DNA from: Deltaproteobacteria bacterium
GTDB taxonomy: Bacteria; Myxococcota_A; UBA9160; UBA4427
Reading direction: 5' to 3'
Assembly (NCBI GenBank): GCA_002691205.1
Contig: NZHD01000020.1
Location: 92,995 to 156,994 of the forward strand
Length of the DNA: 64,000 nucleotides
In this document: positions 37,154 through 47,400 of the stretch, piece after piece
How the letters are laid out: each line of letters opens with the position of its first letter
How positions within the stretch are numbered: position 1 is the first letter of the stretch
Program-made: the position numbers and the translations under genes
Notes under the pieces: model-generated
Told to the model about the DNA's origin: nothing
What the model saw: only the letters and a program-made list of their open reading frames with translations
The model's database searches: none

Positions 37154-38142
37154 GTATGCCCGAAACGGCCACCGAGAAACTACAGCGCATCTTTAAGACC
37201 CTCTCTGATCCAACGAGGATGAGAATCCTCCGTCTTCTCAAGAGCGAAGAGCTTATGGTTCAGGAACTCATGGAGGTTCTTGGCATGGCCCAATCTCGAG
37301 TCTCTCGGCATCTATCGATCCTTAGAGAAGCTGGCCTGCTCGCCGACCGGCGAGATGGGACCTACGTGTTCTATCGATTCGTACACCAAGAGGATGAGCC
37401 GTGGCAAACGGGATGGAAACTTGTCGAAAGTCAACTTAGACAAGACACCACGGCCCAGCGTGACGATGCCTTACTCGGTCAAGTGATTGAAAAAAGATCT
37501 TTCCAGACGCGAAATTTTTTCGAGGCCATTGGTCCAGAGTGGGATGCGCTCAGAAAAGTCTTCAACGACGAGGCCTTGAGAGCCCGTGCCATTAGCCGTC
37601 TTGTCCCCCAAAGCCTGAAAGTCGCTGATGTCGGTACGGGCACCGGAATTCTTGCTCTTGAATTAGCTCGCCTGGGGCTCGAAGTTCTCGGCATTGACCG
37701 ATCTCCTCGAATGCTGGAGGCCGCACGAAACAACATTCGAGAAGAAACTTTTCCGGCCCCTGGTTCCATCCAACTCGAACTTGGAGAGGCCTACCAAATG
37801 CCCGTTTCTGACCAAGTCATGGATGCGGCCTTCGCCCACATGGTGCTTCATTACGTTCAAAGCCCCGAAGATGTCGTAAAAGATATGGCGAGAATCGTGA
37901 AACCGGGTGGTCACATTGTCATCGTGGAATTCACAGAACACAGCAACGACTGGATGACGCAGGAATTAGGCGTGATCTGGAAAGGCTTCAACCTTGAAGA
38001 CGTTCGAGGTTGGTTTGAATTGGCAGGTCTCAGCAACTTCCGTCACGAACAGTCCGTAGCTTTGGGCTCTGATCGAAAACTGCCCGCCGCATTTATCGCC
38101 TCTGCTCAAGTCCCTCTTTCAGGCTCTTCGGCGTCTAGATAA
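37150..38142 (+). CDS. ArsR-family HTH fused to a class I SAM-dependent methyltransferase (SahR-like)
   Basis: LSDPTRMRIL, QSRVSRHL, RRDG; DVGTGTG, AHMVLHY, VKPGG. Confidence 0.88.
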   Translation: MSMPETATEKLQRIFKTLSDPTRMRILRLLKSEELMVQELMEVLGMAQSRVSRHLSILREAGLLADRRDGTYVFYRFVHQEDEPWQTGWKLVESQLRQDTTAQRDDALLGQVIEKRSFQTRNFFEAIGPEWDALRKVFNDEALRARAISRLVPQSLKVADVGTGTGILALELARLGLEVLGIDRSPRMLEAARNNIREETFPAPGSIQLELGEAYQMPVSDQVMDAAFAHMVLHYVQSPEDVVKDMARIVKPGGHIVIVEFTEHSNDWMTQELGVIWKGFNLEDVRGWFELAGLSNFRHEQSVALGSDRKLPAAFIASAQVPLSGSSASR

Positions 38143-38563
38143 TTTACACTGAAGTTCCGGGCTCTGATCGCAGAGACAAGCTGGACCCTTCGTCCGGCGG
38201 GCGTCCGACCTCGGCCGGCCAAGCACAAACCCGAATCAAAAAACGTTCGAATAACTTTAAGCTGTGCCTGCGAGGTCTCATTTAAAGCCCTGAAATTGCT
38301 CAGTTTATTAAAATTTTCAGACTTCGATGCTGAACCCCTTGGGTCTCACCAGCGCGAATAAAACCCGAGAGCCCCACCCCTGGAGCTAAAGACAGGTCGA
38401 CCTTTGCTTTCCAAATTGACCTTTTCGTCAACGGCTTGTCTCTCCCATTTTATTGACCCTTCATATTGCGAAGAACCCCACCCCCCCGACATCGATGCGG
38501 GGGCTCGCTACCCTGACTTTGCTAAAGCGCTTCCGCGACAAAACGCGCAACCGGAGACAAAAA

Positions 38564-40030
38564 ATGGCCGACAATGAAAACGCTGCTCCCCTCGCCAGTC
38601 GCGAGGGCGCACTCGAATTCTTTCGAGAGCGCTATGGGCTCGACAATCAAAGCCTCACAGACACACTCGGAGTCGCTCTTGAGCGTCAAGTTGACTATGC
38701 GGACATCTACTTTGAGCACTCCTCTCTCGACTCCGTATCTCTCGAAGAGGGAATCGTCAAAAGCGGAAGTCGACACTTGGAACAAGGTGTCGGGGTACGA
38801 GCCTTGTCAGGAGAACGCCAAGGATATGCCCACTCGGACGAAATCAGCCTTGAAAGTGCCCGCCTGGCGGCAGGCACCGCTCGCGCCATCTCGGCCGACA
38901 CCGGCGCCTCACACAAAATTTCGGTGGCTGGCCAAACTGGACACGACCTCTACCCCATGGAGCAGTCATCCTCTGAGCTCCCTGTTGAAGAAAAGATTTC
39001 CTTTCTCAGTGAGCTGGATAGCTATGCGAGACGAAAAGATTCTTGCGTTGAGCAAGTCATGGCCAGCGTCATCACCCACAATCGAAAGATCCTGGTGTGC
39101 TCAAGCGACGGCATCTTGGCCGCCGACATGCAGCCCCTTGTAAGACTCAATGTCCAAGTCATCGCAGCCGACGGCAGCCGACGTGAAGTCGGCTACGAAG
39201 GAAGAGGTGGCCGTCACGAACTCCAACGAATGATGGAACCCCAGGTTTGGCAAGAGATGGTCGACGAAGCCATCCGTGTGGCACGCCTCAATTTAAGTTC
39301 CGTGCCCTGCCCTGCCGGCAGCATGACGGTGGTACTGGGCCCCGGTTGGCCCGGCATTCTTCTGCACGAAGCCATCGGACATGGGCTCGAAGGCGATTTC
39401 AATCGCAAAAAAACATCGGCCTTTTCGGATCGAATCGGCCAGCGGGTCGCTGCTCCGGGCGTGACTGTGGTGGACGACGGCACTCTTCCTGAGCGCCGAG
39501 GCTCGATCAATTTCGACGATGAAGGGACCCCATCCCAACGCAATACCCTCATCGAAGACGGAATTTTAGTGGGCTATCTGCACGATAAACTCAACGCTCG
39601 ACTGATGGGAACTGAGCCCACAGGCAACGGTCGCAGGGAAAGTTACGCTCACGTTCCTCTTCCGCGCATGACGAACACCTTCATGCTGGGCGGAGAAGAT
39701 GACCCTGAGGAAATATTAAAGTCCGTCAAGAAGGGGCTCTACGCCGTGTCATTCGGTGGCGGACAAGTCGATATCACAAGCGGTAAATTCGTATTCAGTG
39801 CCAGCGAAGCGTATCTGATCGAAGACGGTCAAATCGGCGCGCCCGTAAAAGGGGCCACGCTCATTGGCAATGGCCCCGATGTGCTAACTCGAGTGGACCG
39901 TATCGGGAATGATCTCGCGCTCGATCGAGGGGTAGGAACCTGCGGCAAAGACGGGCAAGGGGTTCCCGTTGGAGTGGGCCTGCCTACGATCCGCGTTAAT
40001 GACTTGACCGTCGGAGGCACAGAGGGATGA
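38564..40030 (+). CDS. tldD: Metalloprotease TldD
   Basis: GVGVRA, HEAIGHGLEGDFNRK, DDEG, GNGRRES, PRMTNT, GTCGK.GQ; start after GGAG. Confidence 0.95.
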   Translation: MADNENAAPLASREGALEFFRERYGLDNQSLTDTLGVALERQVDYADIYFEHSSLDSVSLEEGIVKSGSRHLEQGVGVRALSGERQGYAHSDEISLESARLAAGTARAISADTGASHKISVAGQTGHDLYPMEQSSSELPVEEKISFLSELDSYARRKDSCVEQVMASVITHNRKILVCSSDGILAADMQPLVRLNVQVIAADGSRREVGYEGRGGRHELQRMMEPQVWQEMVDEAIRVARLNLSSVPCPAGSMTVVLGPGWPGILLHEAIGHGLEGDFNRKKTSAFSDRIGQRVAAPGVTVVDDGTLPERRGSINFDDEGTPSQRNTLIEDGILVGYLHDKLNARLMGTEPTGNGRRESYAHVPLPRMTNTFMLGGEDDPEEILKSVKKGLYAVSFGGGQVDITSGKFVFSASEAYLIEDGQIGAPVKGATLIGNGPDVLTRVDRIGNDLALDRGVGTCGKDGQGVPVGVGLPTIRVNDLTVGGTEG

Positions 40031-41397
40031 CCGCTCTTACAAACACCCATGATCTAGAACTCATCAACCTGGCCATTGAACGAGCCCGCAAAGCTGGCGC
40101 AGATCAAGTAGACGCCGTCCTGATTCGTGCGGACTCAAGAGAAGCCCGAGTCCGAGGCGAAGAAATCGAATTCGTCAAGCAAGCCTCGGAATGCTGTCTT
40201 GGGATTCGAGCCATGATGAAACATACCACGGGGCGATCGACAGCCCTCAGTTCGACCAGTGACCTATCTCCCCATGCTGTCGAACAAATCGCAGTGGATG
40301 TTGTAACACTCGCCCAAGCGACAGCGCCCGATGAACATGCGGGATTACCGGACGGTGGGTTCGCAAAAGATCTCCCTGACTTGGCCATGCATGATTCGGG
40401 AGACCAGAATGTTTCAATTGAGGCACGAATTGAGGATGCGCGCACCACAGAGCAAGCAGCGCGCACCTTCGACCCCAGGATCAACAACTCCGAAGGAAGT
40501 CAGGCCAGCTCAGATTTCTCAGAGGTCAACTACGGAAACTCGGCCGGCTTCTCTGCCAGCTATAAGAGTACCTACCATTCACTTTTCAGTTCACCTCTAG
40601 CCACCGAGGGAGAGAGCAAGCAGGTGGACTACTGGTCCACCGTGGGGCGTCGCCTCGTCGACCTTGAAGACCCAGCCAGCGTTGGGCGTCGAGCCGCCGA
40701 AAGAGCGATCGGCCGCCTAGGCGCAAGGCGAGTCCCCACTTGTGAAGCGCCCGTCATCTTCGACAGCCTGATCGCGCCAAGCCTCCTCGGTCAAGTCACA
40801 TCTTGCTTAAACGGCTACTCGGTTTACCGAAAATCGTCTTTTCTCGCCGATCAAATGGGAACACAAATCGCCTCAGACTTGGTCACTGTCATCGACGATG
40901 GCCGTATGATGGGAGGCTTGGGAAGCAAACCGTTTGATGGAGAGGGCCTCGCCACTCGACGCAATATCCTCATCGAAAACGGAATCCTCCGCTCGTGGCT
41001 ACTCGACACCTATTCGGGTCGAAAATTAGGGATGGCTTCCACCGGGAGCGCATCTCGCTCGGTAGGCAGCGGCCCGAGCGTCTCCACCACCAACTTGTGG
41101 GTCACGCCGAACGCAGGAACTCTCGACGAAATCGTCCATGAAACCGGTCGGGGCCTACTGGTCACAGGACTCATGGGAATGGGCTTCAACCCCACCACAG
41201 GCGACTACTCTCAAGGGGCAAGTGGATACTGGATCGAGGGGGGGAAGATTGCCTTTCCCGTGGAGGAAATCACCATCGCCAGTAACCTGGGAACAATGCT
41301 GAAAACCATTGATGCAGTGGGAGAAGAGCTTGTTTGGCGAGGAAGAACAGCCTCGCCTCCGCTTCGCATTCAGCAGATGACCATCGCGGGAGAGTAA
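40027..41397 (+). CDS. pmbA: TldE/PmbA
   Basis: NSEG, PFDGEG, LLDTYS, TGDYSQGASG, VEEITIA; coupled to tldD. Confidence 0.92.
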   Translation: MTALTNTHDLELINLAIERARKAGADQVDAVLIRADSREARVRGEEIEFVKQASECCLGIRAMMKHTTGRSTALSSTSDLSPHAVEQIAVDVVTLAQATAPDEHAGLPDGGFAKDLPDLAMHDSGDQNVSIEARIEDARTTEQAARTFDPRINNSEGSQASSDFSEVNYGNSAGFSASYKSTYHSLFSSPLATEGESKQVDYWSTVGRRLVDLEDPASVGRRAAERAIGRLGARRVPTCEAPVIFDSLIAPSLLGQVTSCLNGYSVYRKSSFLADQMGTQIASDLVTVIDDGRMMGGLGSKPFDGEGLATRRNILIENGILRSWLLDTYSGRKLGMASTGSASRSVGSGPSVSTTNLWVTPNAGTLDEIVHETGRGLLVTGLMGMGFNPTTGDYSQGASGYWIEGGKIAFPVEEITIASNLGTMLKTIDAVGEELVWRGRTASPPLRIQQMTIAGE

Positions 41398-41400
41398 ACC

Positions 41401-42288
41401 ATGTGCGGAGATTCAAAGAGCAGCCCAGACGCGAGCGTGATGCTGGGCATGCAAATGCCAAATACCGACAAATGGTCTCAACGGGTCACGACTGCACTGG
41501 GTCAAAATCCCAGCGCCTTTACAGGCCCCGGCACCAACACCTACCTCGTGGGCACCGGGGAAGAACGAATTCTTCTTGACACGGGGGACGGGCGCCCCGA
41601 GTACCTCCCCGTTCTTGAAGAAGCGATTGAGCAATCCGGATGCCGATCGATTCAGGAGATCGTACTCACACATGGGCACCCCGATCATATTGGTGGGGTC
41701 CAGTCCATCTTCGATCATTTTGGCCCGTGTCGGGTGACCAAGATGAAATACGATGCTTTTGATTCGCCCTACGACTTCGAAATCCACGAAATTGCAGACG
41801 GTGATCAGATCTCGACGGAAGGAGCTACCTTACATGCGCTTCATGCTCCCGGGCATGCTCCCGATCATATCTGCTTTATGCTCGAGGAGGAACGCGCTCT
41901 TTTTACGGGCGACAACGTCTTGGGTGTAGGCACGACCATTATCCCGGCGGATTCGGGCAGCCTCGCCGACTACATGGACTCCTTACATTACCTCCTCGCC
42001 CAAAAACCTGAGCACTTATTCCCGGCTCACGGTCCGCTCGTGACCAACGGCATGGAGAAAATTCAGGAATACATCGACCACCGCCTAAACCGCGAGCAGC
42101 AGATATTAGCAGCGATGCAGCAAGGCGCAGAAAACGTACAGGCCATCGTTGAGATCATTTATGCTGCCTATCCGAAGTCTCTACATGCGGCTGCCGGTCA
42201 ATCAGTGACATCTCATCTCATCAAGCTCGAAAGTGAAGGCCAAGTCCAATCCGTTCCAAATACGCAGCAAGGCTGGACTCTTTTGTAA
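41401..42288 (+). CDS. MBL-fold metallo-hydrolase (LACTB2-like) with C-terminal wHTH
   Basis: GPGTNTYLVG, THGHPDH, PGHAPDH, FTGD, PAHG. Confidence 0.9.
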   Translation: MCGDSKSSPDASVMLGMQMPNTDKWSQRVTTALGQNPSAFTGPGTNTYLVGTGEERILLDTGDGRPEYLPVLEEAIEQSGCRSIQEIVLTHGHPDHIGGVQSIFDHFGPCRVTKMKYDAFDSPYDFEIHEIADGDQISTEGATLHALHAPGHAPDHICFMLEEERALFTGDNVLGVGTTIIPADSGSLADYMDSLHYLLAQKPEHLFPAHGPLVTNGMEKIQEYIDHRLNREQQILAAMQQGAENVQAIVEIIYAAYPKSLHAAAGQSVTSHLIKLESEGQVQSVPNTQQGWTLL

Positions 42289-42392
42289 AAAAATTGGTTT
42301 CTGCATTTCGAAGAATTCTTTTAAAAAATCTCATCCTTAAACCGACTGCAGCTTGAATCATATCCAAAACGACCTTCAGAGAGGAAGATCCG

Positions 42393-42668
42393 ATGGAACC
42401 GAACAGCGAGTCCGAAAACATCGTAAAAGAATTCAGCCAACAAAGTGACGCGATCTGCAGCGAACTGAGCCGTCTTCGCGAGGTCTCCGACTCCAACCAG
42501 AGCGAGGCCGTCAGCGTACTCGAAGAGACTTTACAGGTGCTGCAAAAAATTGAATCTCGAATAGAAGCTTCCGACGAAATGCTAAACAAGGGAATGAGCC
42601 TTATCTTCTGGGTGCAACTCGCCACCCTAGCCGCTTTTCTCGCGATGGGATTTTTCTTTCTCCTCTAA
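42393..42668 (+). CDS. Small coiled-coil protein with C-terminal TM helix
   Basis: GAGG RBS; fills the gap between the MBL hydrolase and maf; no family recognised. Confidence 0.55.
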   Translation: MEPNSESENIVKEFSQQSDAICSELSRLREVSDSNQSEAVSVLEETLQVLQKIESRIEASDEMLNKGMSLIFWVQLATLAAFLAMGFFFLL

Positions 42669-42689
42669 CCCGATTGATCTGCCTCTAAA

Positions 42690-43349
42690 ATGAATTCACC
42701 CACCGACACATGGATCAATCCGTCGCCTCTTGCTCCCGGGACTCTCATTCTTGCAAGCGCATCGCCCCGAAGACGGGAACTTCTCAGCCAACTCGGCCTC
42801 GAATTCGAAATCCGACCAGCGAATATCGATGAATCACCCCAGGTAGGAGAGGTTCCTTTTGACCTCGTTCGCCGGCTAGCCCTCGAGAAGGCCACCGCTA
42901 TTGCTCAGGAAGATCAAATCGGCGATCGGCGCTTCGTGCTCGGCTCGGACACGTTGGTCGTTCTTGACAACGAGCCCATAGGAAAGCCTGCCGATGAATC
43001 CGAAGCCGTTCGCATGCTGCAGCGGCTAACAGGACGCACCCATACTGTCATGACCGGTATTGCTGTGGTCGATGCCCATACGGGCTCGATGCTCGCCGAG
43101 GTTGTGGAGTCCTCCGTCGAAATGCGAACAGCGCCCCTGGAGGAACTGCAGGCGTATGTCGCCACCGGCGAATCTCTTGATAAAGCCGGGGCCTACGCGC
43201 TGCAAGGAGGCGGGCGAAGGTTTGTGAATCAGGTCCGAGGCAGTGAATCGAACGTCATCGGTCTTCCGCTTGAAGAAACACGTACGCTCCTTCATCTGGC
43301 TCGAGGGCTTTCCGAACCAAAAGAAAGCGACTCGGAGTCACAAATTTGA
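42690..43349 (+). CDS. maf: Maf nucleotide pyrophosphatase
   Basis: LASASPRRRELL, EKA, GSDT, GKP, DKAGAY, NVIGLP. Confidence 0.93.
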   Translation: MNSPTDTWINPSPLAPGTLILASASPRRRELLSQLGLEFEIRPANIDESPQVGEVPFDLVRRLALEKATAIAQEDQIGDRRFVLGSDTLVVLDNEPIGKPADESEAVRMLQRLTGRTHTVMTGIAVVDAHTGSMLAEVVESSVEMRTAPLEELQAYVATGESLDKAGAYALQGGGRRFVNQVRGSESNVIGLPLEETRTLLHLARGLSEPKESDSESQI

Positions 43350-44101
43350 GCGCCCTCATCGACCCCATGGTTCTTCGCGATGCCGCTGAGCGCTTGGCCG
43401 TCGTTCAGGCTCGCATGGAGAAGGCCTGCAAAGCCGCCGGACGAGACGTCTCTGAAATCACCCTCGTCGGCGCCTGTAAACGTCAGCCCGTAAATAAAAT
43501 TGCAGCCAGCCTTTTCGCGGGGCTCCGAAATCTCGGCGAGAACTACATACAGGGAGCTGAAGCGACCCAGATCACTTTGCCACAGTTCTTATCGGAACCC
43601 TCAAATGGGACCCCGCCGCCGCTTCCTAGGTGGCACATGATCGGGCATTTGCAACGCAATAAAGCCAAGCAGGCCGTCGAGAACTTTGAAACCGTGGACA
43701 GTCTAGACAGCCCCCGTCTAGCCAAAGCTCTCCACCGCCGAGCCGAGGAATTGAACCGAACGATTGAGGTCTGTATCCAAGTGAATCTCAGCGGAGAAAG
43801 CACGAAGTCAGGCACATCTCCAGCCGAGCTTCCAGAACTCATCTCCACTCTCGCGGAACTCAGCCGCGTCAGAGCCATTGGCCTCATGACCATGCCGGCT
43901 CCGGGGACTGAAGCCTCTCGGCATGACTTTGCAGAACTTCGAGAACTTCGAGATCAGCTACGCGACCAACCCGGATGTGAAAGCCTCACCGAGCTCAATA
44001 TGGGAATGTCCGGCGATCTAGAGATCGCAATCAAAGAAGGCGCCACGATCGTCCGAATCGGAACAGACCTTTTTGGTGAACGAAAAACCCCGAGCGAATA
44101 A
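43346..44101 (+). CDS. yggS: PLP homeostasis protein YggS
   Basis: GEN, WHMIGHLQRNKAK, QVN, GLMTM, MGMSGD, GATIVRIGT. Confidence 0.95.
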   Translation: MSALIDPMVLRDAAERLAVVQARMEKACKAAGRDVSEITLVGACKRQPVNKIAASLFAGLRNLGENYIQGAEATQITLPQFLSEPSNGTPPPLPRWHMIGHLQRNKAKQAVENFETVDSLDSPRLAKALHRRAEELNRTIEVCIQVNLSGESTKSGTSPAELPELISTLAELSRVRAIGLMTMPAPGTEASRHDFAELRELRDQLRDQPGCESLTELNMGMSGDLEIAIKEGATIVRIGTDLFGERKTPSE

Positions 44102-44128
44102 TCCTAAAGATCAGCCAGTGAGGACTCT

Positions 44129-44965
44129 ATGAAAAGCGCATTGCAAACTCAGAAAATCGGATTCATTGGCTGTGGCGCGATGGCCAGCGCACTGGCCGGA
44201 GGGCTCGCCCGAATGGGCATCCCTCTGGATCAGATGTGTGCAGCCGATCCAGACTTGTCTCAACGCGAACGATTCGCCTCCTCGTTGGGGATCCGCACCT
44301 TGGCCGACAATTCCGCTTTGGTTGAACAATCGGAGATCGTCGTTCTCTGTGTAAAACCCGTGATGGTTGTTCGCGTTCTTTCCAACCTACCCAAAAGCAT
44401 CCACTTGGAACGTCCTCTCTGGATCTCAATCGCCGCAGGGGTCCGACTCATTTCGCTCGAGGCGGCGCTGCCCGACGGCGCCCGAATCGTACGAGCCATG
44501 CCGAACACACCCGCCCTCGTCGGCGAAGGCGCAACCGCCTACTTCGCCAATGCAGCCACCCGTCCAGAGGAATTTAGAACAGCGGAAACACTCTTTTCCT
44601 CCGTCGGGGCCACTTGGCTAAGTCAAACCGAAGGACAACTCGATGCCGTGACTGGACTTTCGGGAAGCGGCCCTGCGTATGTGTTCCTCTTCCTTGAGGG
44701 GCTGATCGAAGCCGGACTCAAGGAGGGTTTGCCCGAAGAAGCAGCCGAAAAGTTAGCCTTTCAAACGGTCCTTGGCGCAGCGCGATTGGCCATCGAAGAC
44801 GAGCGAAAACCCGGAGTTCTCAGAGAACAGGTCTCCTCTCCCGGCGGGACGACGGTGGCAGGACTGGGCGAGCTTAACGCCGGAGACCTCAAAGGAATCC
44901 TCAACAAGGCTGTCAGTGCTGCCACGCGTCGCTCACAAGAACTCTCAAGCGAGAGCGGCGACTAA
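44129..44965 (+). CDS. proC: Pyrroline-5-carboxylate reductase
   Basis: IGCGAMA, VKP, SIAAG, RAMPNTP, GSGPAY, SPGGTT. Confidence 0.95.
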   Translation: MKSALQTQKIGFIGCGAMASALAGGLARMGIPLDQMCAADPDLSQRERFASSLGIRTLADNSALVEQSEIVVLCVKPVMVVRVLSNLPKSIHLERPLWISIAAGVRLISLEAALPDGARIVRAMPNTPALVGEGATAYFANAATRPEEFRTAETLFSSVGATWLSQTEGQLDAVTGLSGSGPAYVFLFLEGLIEAGLKEGLPEEAAEKLAFQTVLGAARLAIEDERKPGVLREQVSSPGGTTVAGLGELNAGDLKGILNKAVSAATRRSQELSSESGD

Positions 44966-45031
44966 ACGTCTGCCTCAAGGGTTGAGTCCCGATGACCGAT
45001 AAGACGTTATCTACTTGGGAGTAGGCATCTT

Positions 45032-45547
45032 ATGCGCATGACGCCCCTCGACATACAAAGTCATCAATTTAGTCGACGGATACGTGGCTTTGACCGGGAC
45101 GAAGTCGAAGCGTTCTTACAGATGGTGACGGAGGACTACGAAGCCCTCGTCATTGAAAATGCCGAACAACGTGAACGCATACGGCGCTTGGAAGAGCAGA
45201 TCCACCAATTTAAAAATCAAGAAAAGCTACTTCGAGAAACCTTGACTTCCGCCCAGGCAGTGAGCGAGCGGATGCACAACACAGCCGAAAAAGAGTGCCA
45301 AGCAAGAGTCAGTGAGGCTGAAACTCAAGCTCTCAAAATGACCCAACAGGCGCACAGCGAAGTCGCCCGTCTCGCTGAAAATATCAGAGAACTGAGAGGG
45401 ACTCGGGCACAGATAGCGGAGTGCCTCCGAACGACCTTGAGAACTCATATGGACTGGGTGGACTTGCTCTCGGTCCAGGAGAAAGAACAGCCGACCTGGG
45501 AACAAAAGAGCCTGACTGAAACGCGCCCGACGTCCAGAAGGCCTTAA
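45032..45547 (+). CDS. divIVA: DivIVA domain protein
   Basis: MTPLDI..QF.R.RGFD.DEV..FL followed by a coiled coil. Confidence 0.9.
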   Translation: MRMTPLDIQSHQFSRRIRGFDRDEVEAFLQMVTEDYEALVIENAEQRERIRRLEEQIHQFKNQEKLLRETLTSAQAVSERMHNTAEKECQARVSEAETQALKMTQQAHSEVARLAENIRELRGTRAQIAECLRTTLRTHMDWVDLLSVQEKEQPTWEQKSLTETRPTSRRP

Positions 45548-46070
45548 GCTTTAGTCTGTCAGGCCTTAAAAAAAGCCTCATCGATTAAAGAGGTCCGCCG
45601 GCCGCCTCAGACTCATCCCGATTTGTCCCATGGGCCAGAAAACCGGTATGCCCGCATCCGCCCCAAAGCGACCCGCAACAGGCTCTCATTCGCTTAGGCC
45701 CAAGAGCGCCCATCCGTTTACAGCCAAAAGAGCGAAGGAGACCTTCCTGCCCGCTCTTGAGAGCCCTTGGAGGTTCCATTCGGCCCCATATTGACCTGAT
45801 TGGTCTTTCACGGCGGCACAGGCTGATCCTGCCAGAGGCCCATGGACTCCGAAGAAATTTCCCGAATCGTGAAAAACCGAATCCCCTTGCCAAAGCCGTT
45901 CATACTGACCCCAGAAATCACACTCAGCCCATTTCCGGTCCGTTCCTGCTGGCAAGCGAGCCCCGAATTAGATAAAACACACCCTCGGACCGACGTTTTG
46001 GGAGAATGGATTTCCCAGCCTCGATTCGCGGTTTGCGGTCGCCCTTGGGGTGGCCAAATCGGAGCCCCTG

Positions 46071-46415
46071 ATGCCCATCTACGAATATGAATGTGCAAAA
46101 TGCGGTCACCAGTTTGAGCGGGAGCAGCGGATGTCTGACTCCCCCGTCAAAACGTGCCCAGTGTGTAAAGCGCGAAAAGTCAACAAACTGATTTCCCGCA
46201 GTTCTTTCGTCCTGAAGGGCGGCGGCTGGTACGCGGACGGTTATGCAGATGCCTCCGGGGCCAAAGATACGTCTGATGCGAAGGATGCCTCTAAGGACAA
46301 GGCGGAATCCAGCACAGTCGAAACCAAAAGCGCCGACGCCAAACCGGCTAAAAACCAGTCGAAAAAACAAAAAAAAGCCACAAAGAAAAAAGGCTCAAGC
46401 AAGAGCGCAGCCTGA
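46071..46415 (+). CDS. FmdB-family zinc-ribbon protein with Lys-rich tail
   Basis: [23 protein letters not shown]. Confidence 0.9.
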   Translation: MPIYEYECAKCGHQFEREQRMSDSPVKTCPVCKARKVNKLISRSSFVLKGGGWYADGYADASGAKDTSDAKDASKDKAESSTVETKSADAKPAKNQSKKQKKATKKKGSSKSAA

Positions 46416-46524
46416 CTCCCCTCGCCTTCCGGCGGTCAGAGCTTCTTTTCAATTCAACGTCATCCCATTCACTCAAGGCATTTAACCGCAGCCCGGGTCG
46501 CGGAAAGGCCTTTCGGAGATCAAC

Positions 46525-47400
46525 ATGAGCGACTCCACAGAGGCAACTGACACCGAAGTTCTCGACGGTCTCGGCCTCGCCAATCAAATCCGGGCTGAAT
46601 TGGCCGATGAAATCAGTCAACTGGTGGCCGCCGGCCACCGCGCCCCTCGCCTCGTGGTGATTCTCGTGGGCGACGACCCCGCGAGTCGTTCTTACATTAA
46701 GGGCAAGCAACGTGCCTGCAGCCGAATTGGGATGGAATCGCTCGAGCATCTCTTGCCCGAAAGCACCACTGAAGCCGAACTCCTTGAACTCATCCGTGAA
46801 TTAAACCGTGACGACGAGGTCGACGGCATTCTCGTGCAGCTGCCCCTTCCAAATGGGATCTCGGCCGCGCGCGTTGCCGAAACGGTCAGCCCCGAAAAAG
46901 ATGCCGATGCTTTGCACCCGATCACCTCCGGCCAGCTCATGGCGGGCACCGCCGAGCTCATCTCGTGCACCCCCCTTGGAGTCATGGCCGCTTTAGACCA
47001 TCACGCCATTCCCATGGAGGGAGCCCATGCGGTGGTCATCGGAAGAAGCAACATCGTGGGCAAACCAGTCTCTCTTCTGCTGCAACAACGAAATGCCACA
47101 GTCACCATGTGCCATTCACGGACACGTGACCTCGCTTCCGTTTGCCGAAGTGCTGATATTCTCGTGGCCGCGACGGGTCGTCCGCGAATGGTCAAGGCAG
47201 ACTGGGTCAAGCCCGGGGCCGCGGTCATCGATGTCGGGGTCACCGAAGTCGACGGGAAGCTGGTTGGAGATGTGGATTTTGAGGCCATGCTCGGACACGC
47301 TCGATTGGTAACCCCTTCTCGCAGGGGAATCGGGCCGTTAACCATCACCATGTTGCTGCGAAACACTCTGCACGCATACCGGTCACGAAAAAACATATGA
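46525..47400 (+). CDS. folD: Methylenetetrahydrofolate dehydrogenase/cyclohydrolase
   Basis: SRSYIKGK, GILVQLPLP, CTP.G, GRSNIVGKP, IDVG, GDVDF, GP.TI.ML. Confidence 0.96.
   Translation: MSDSTEATDTEVLDGLGLANQIRAELADEISQLVAAGHRAPRLVVILVGDDPASRSYIKGKQRACSRIGMESLEHLLPESTTEAELLELIRELNRDDEVDGILVQLPLPNGISAARVAETVSPEKDADALHPITSGQLMAGTAELISCTPLGVMAALDHHAIPMEGAHAVVIGRSNIVGKPVSLLLQQRNATVTMCHSRTRDLASVCRSADILVAATGRPRMVKADWVKPGAAVIDVGVTEVDGKLVGDVDFEAMLGHARLVTPSRRGIGPLTITMLLRNTLHAYRSRKNI

Noticed and set aside
38143-38563. Possible ncRNA or ahcY remnant between the SahR-like gene and tldD
   Set aside because: Only short scattered complementarity and no recognisable coding remnant.
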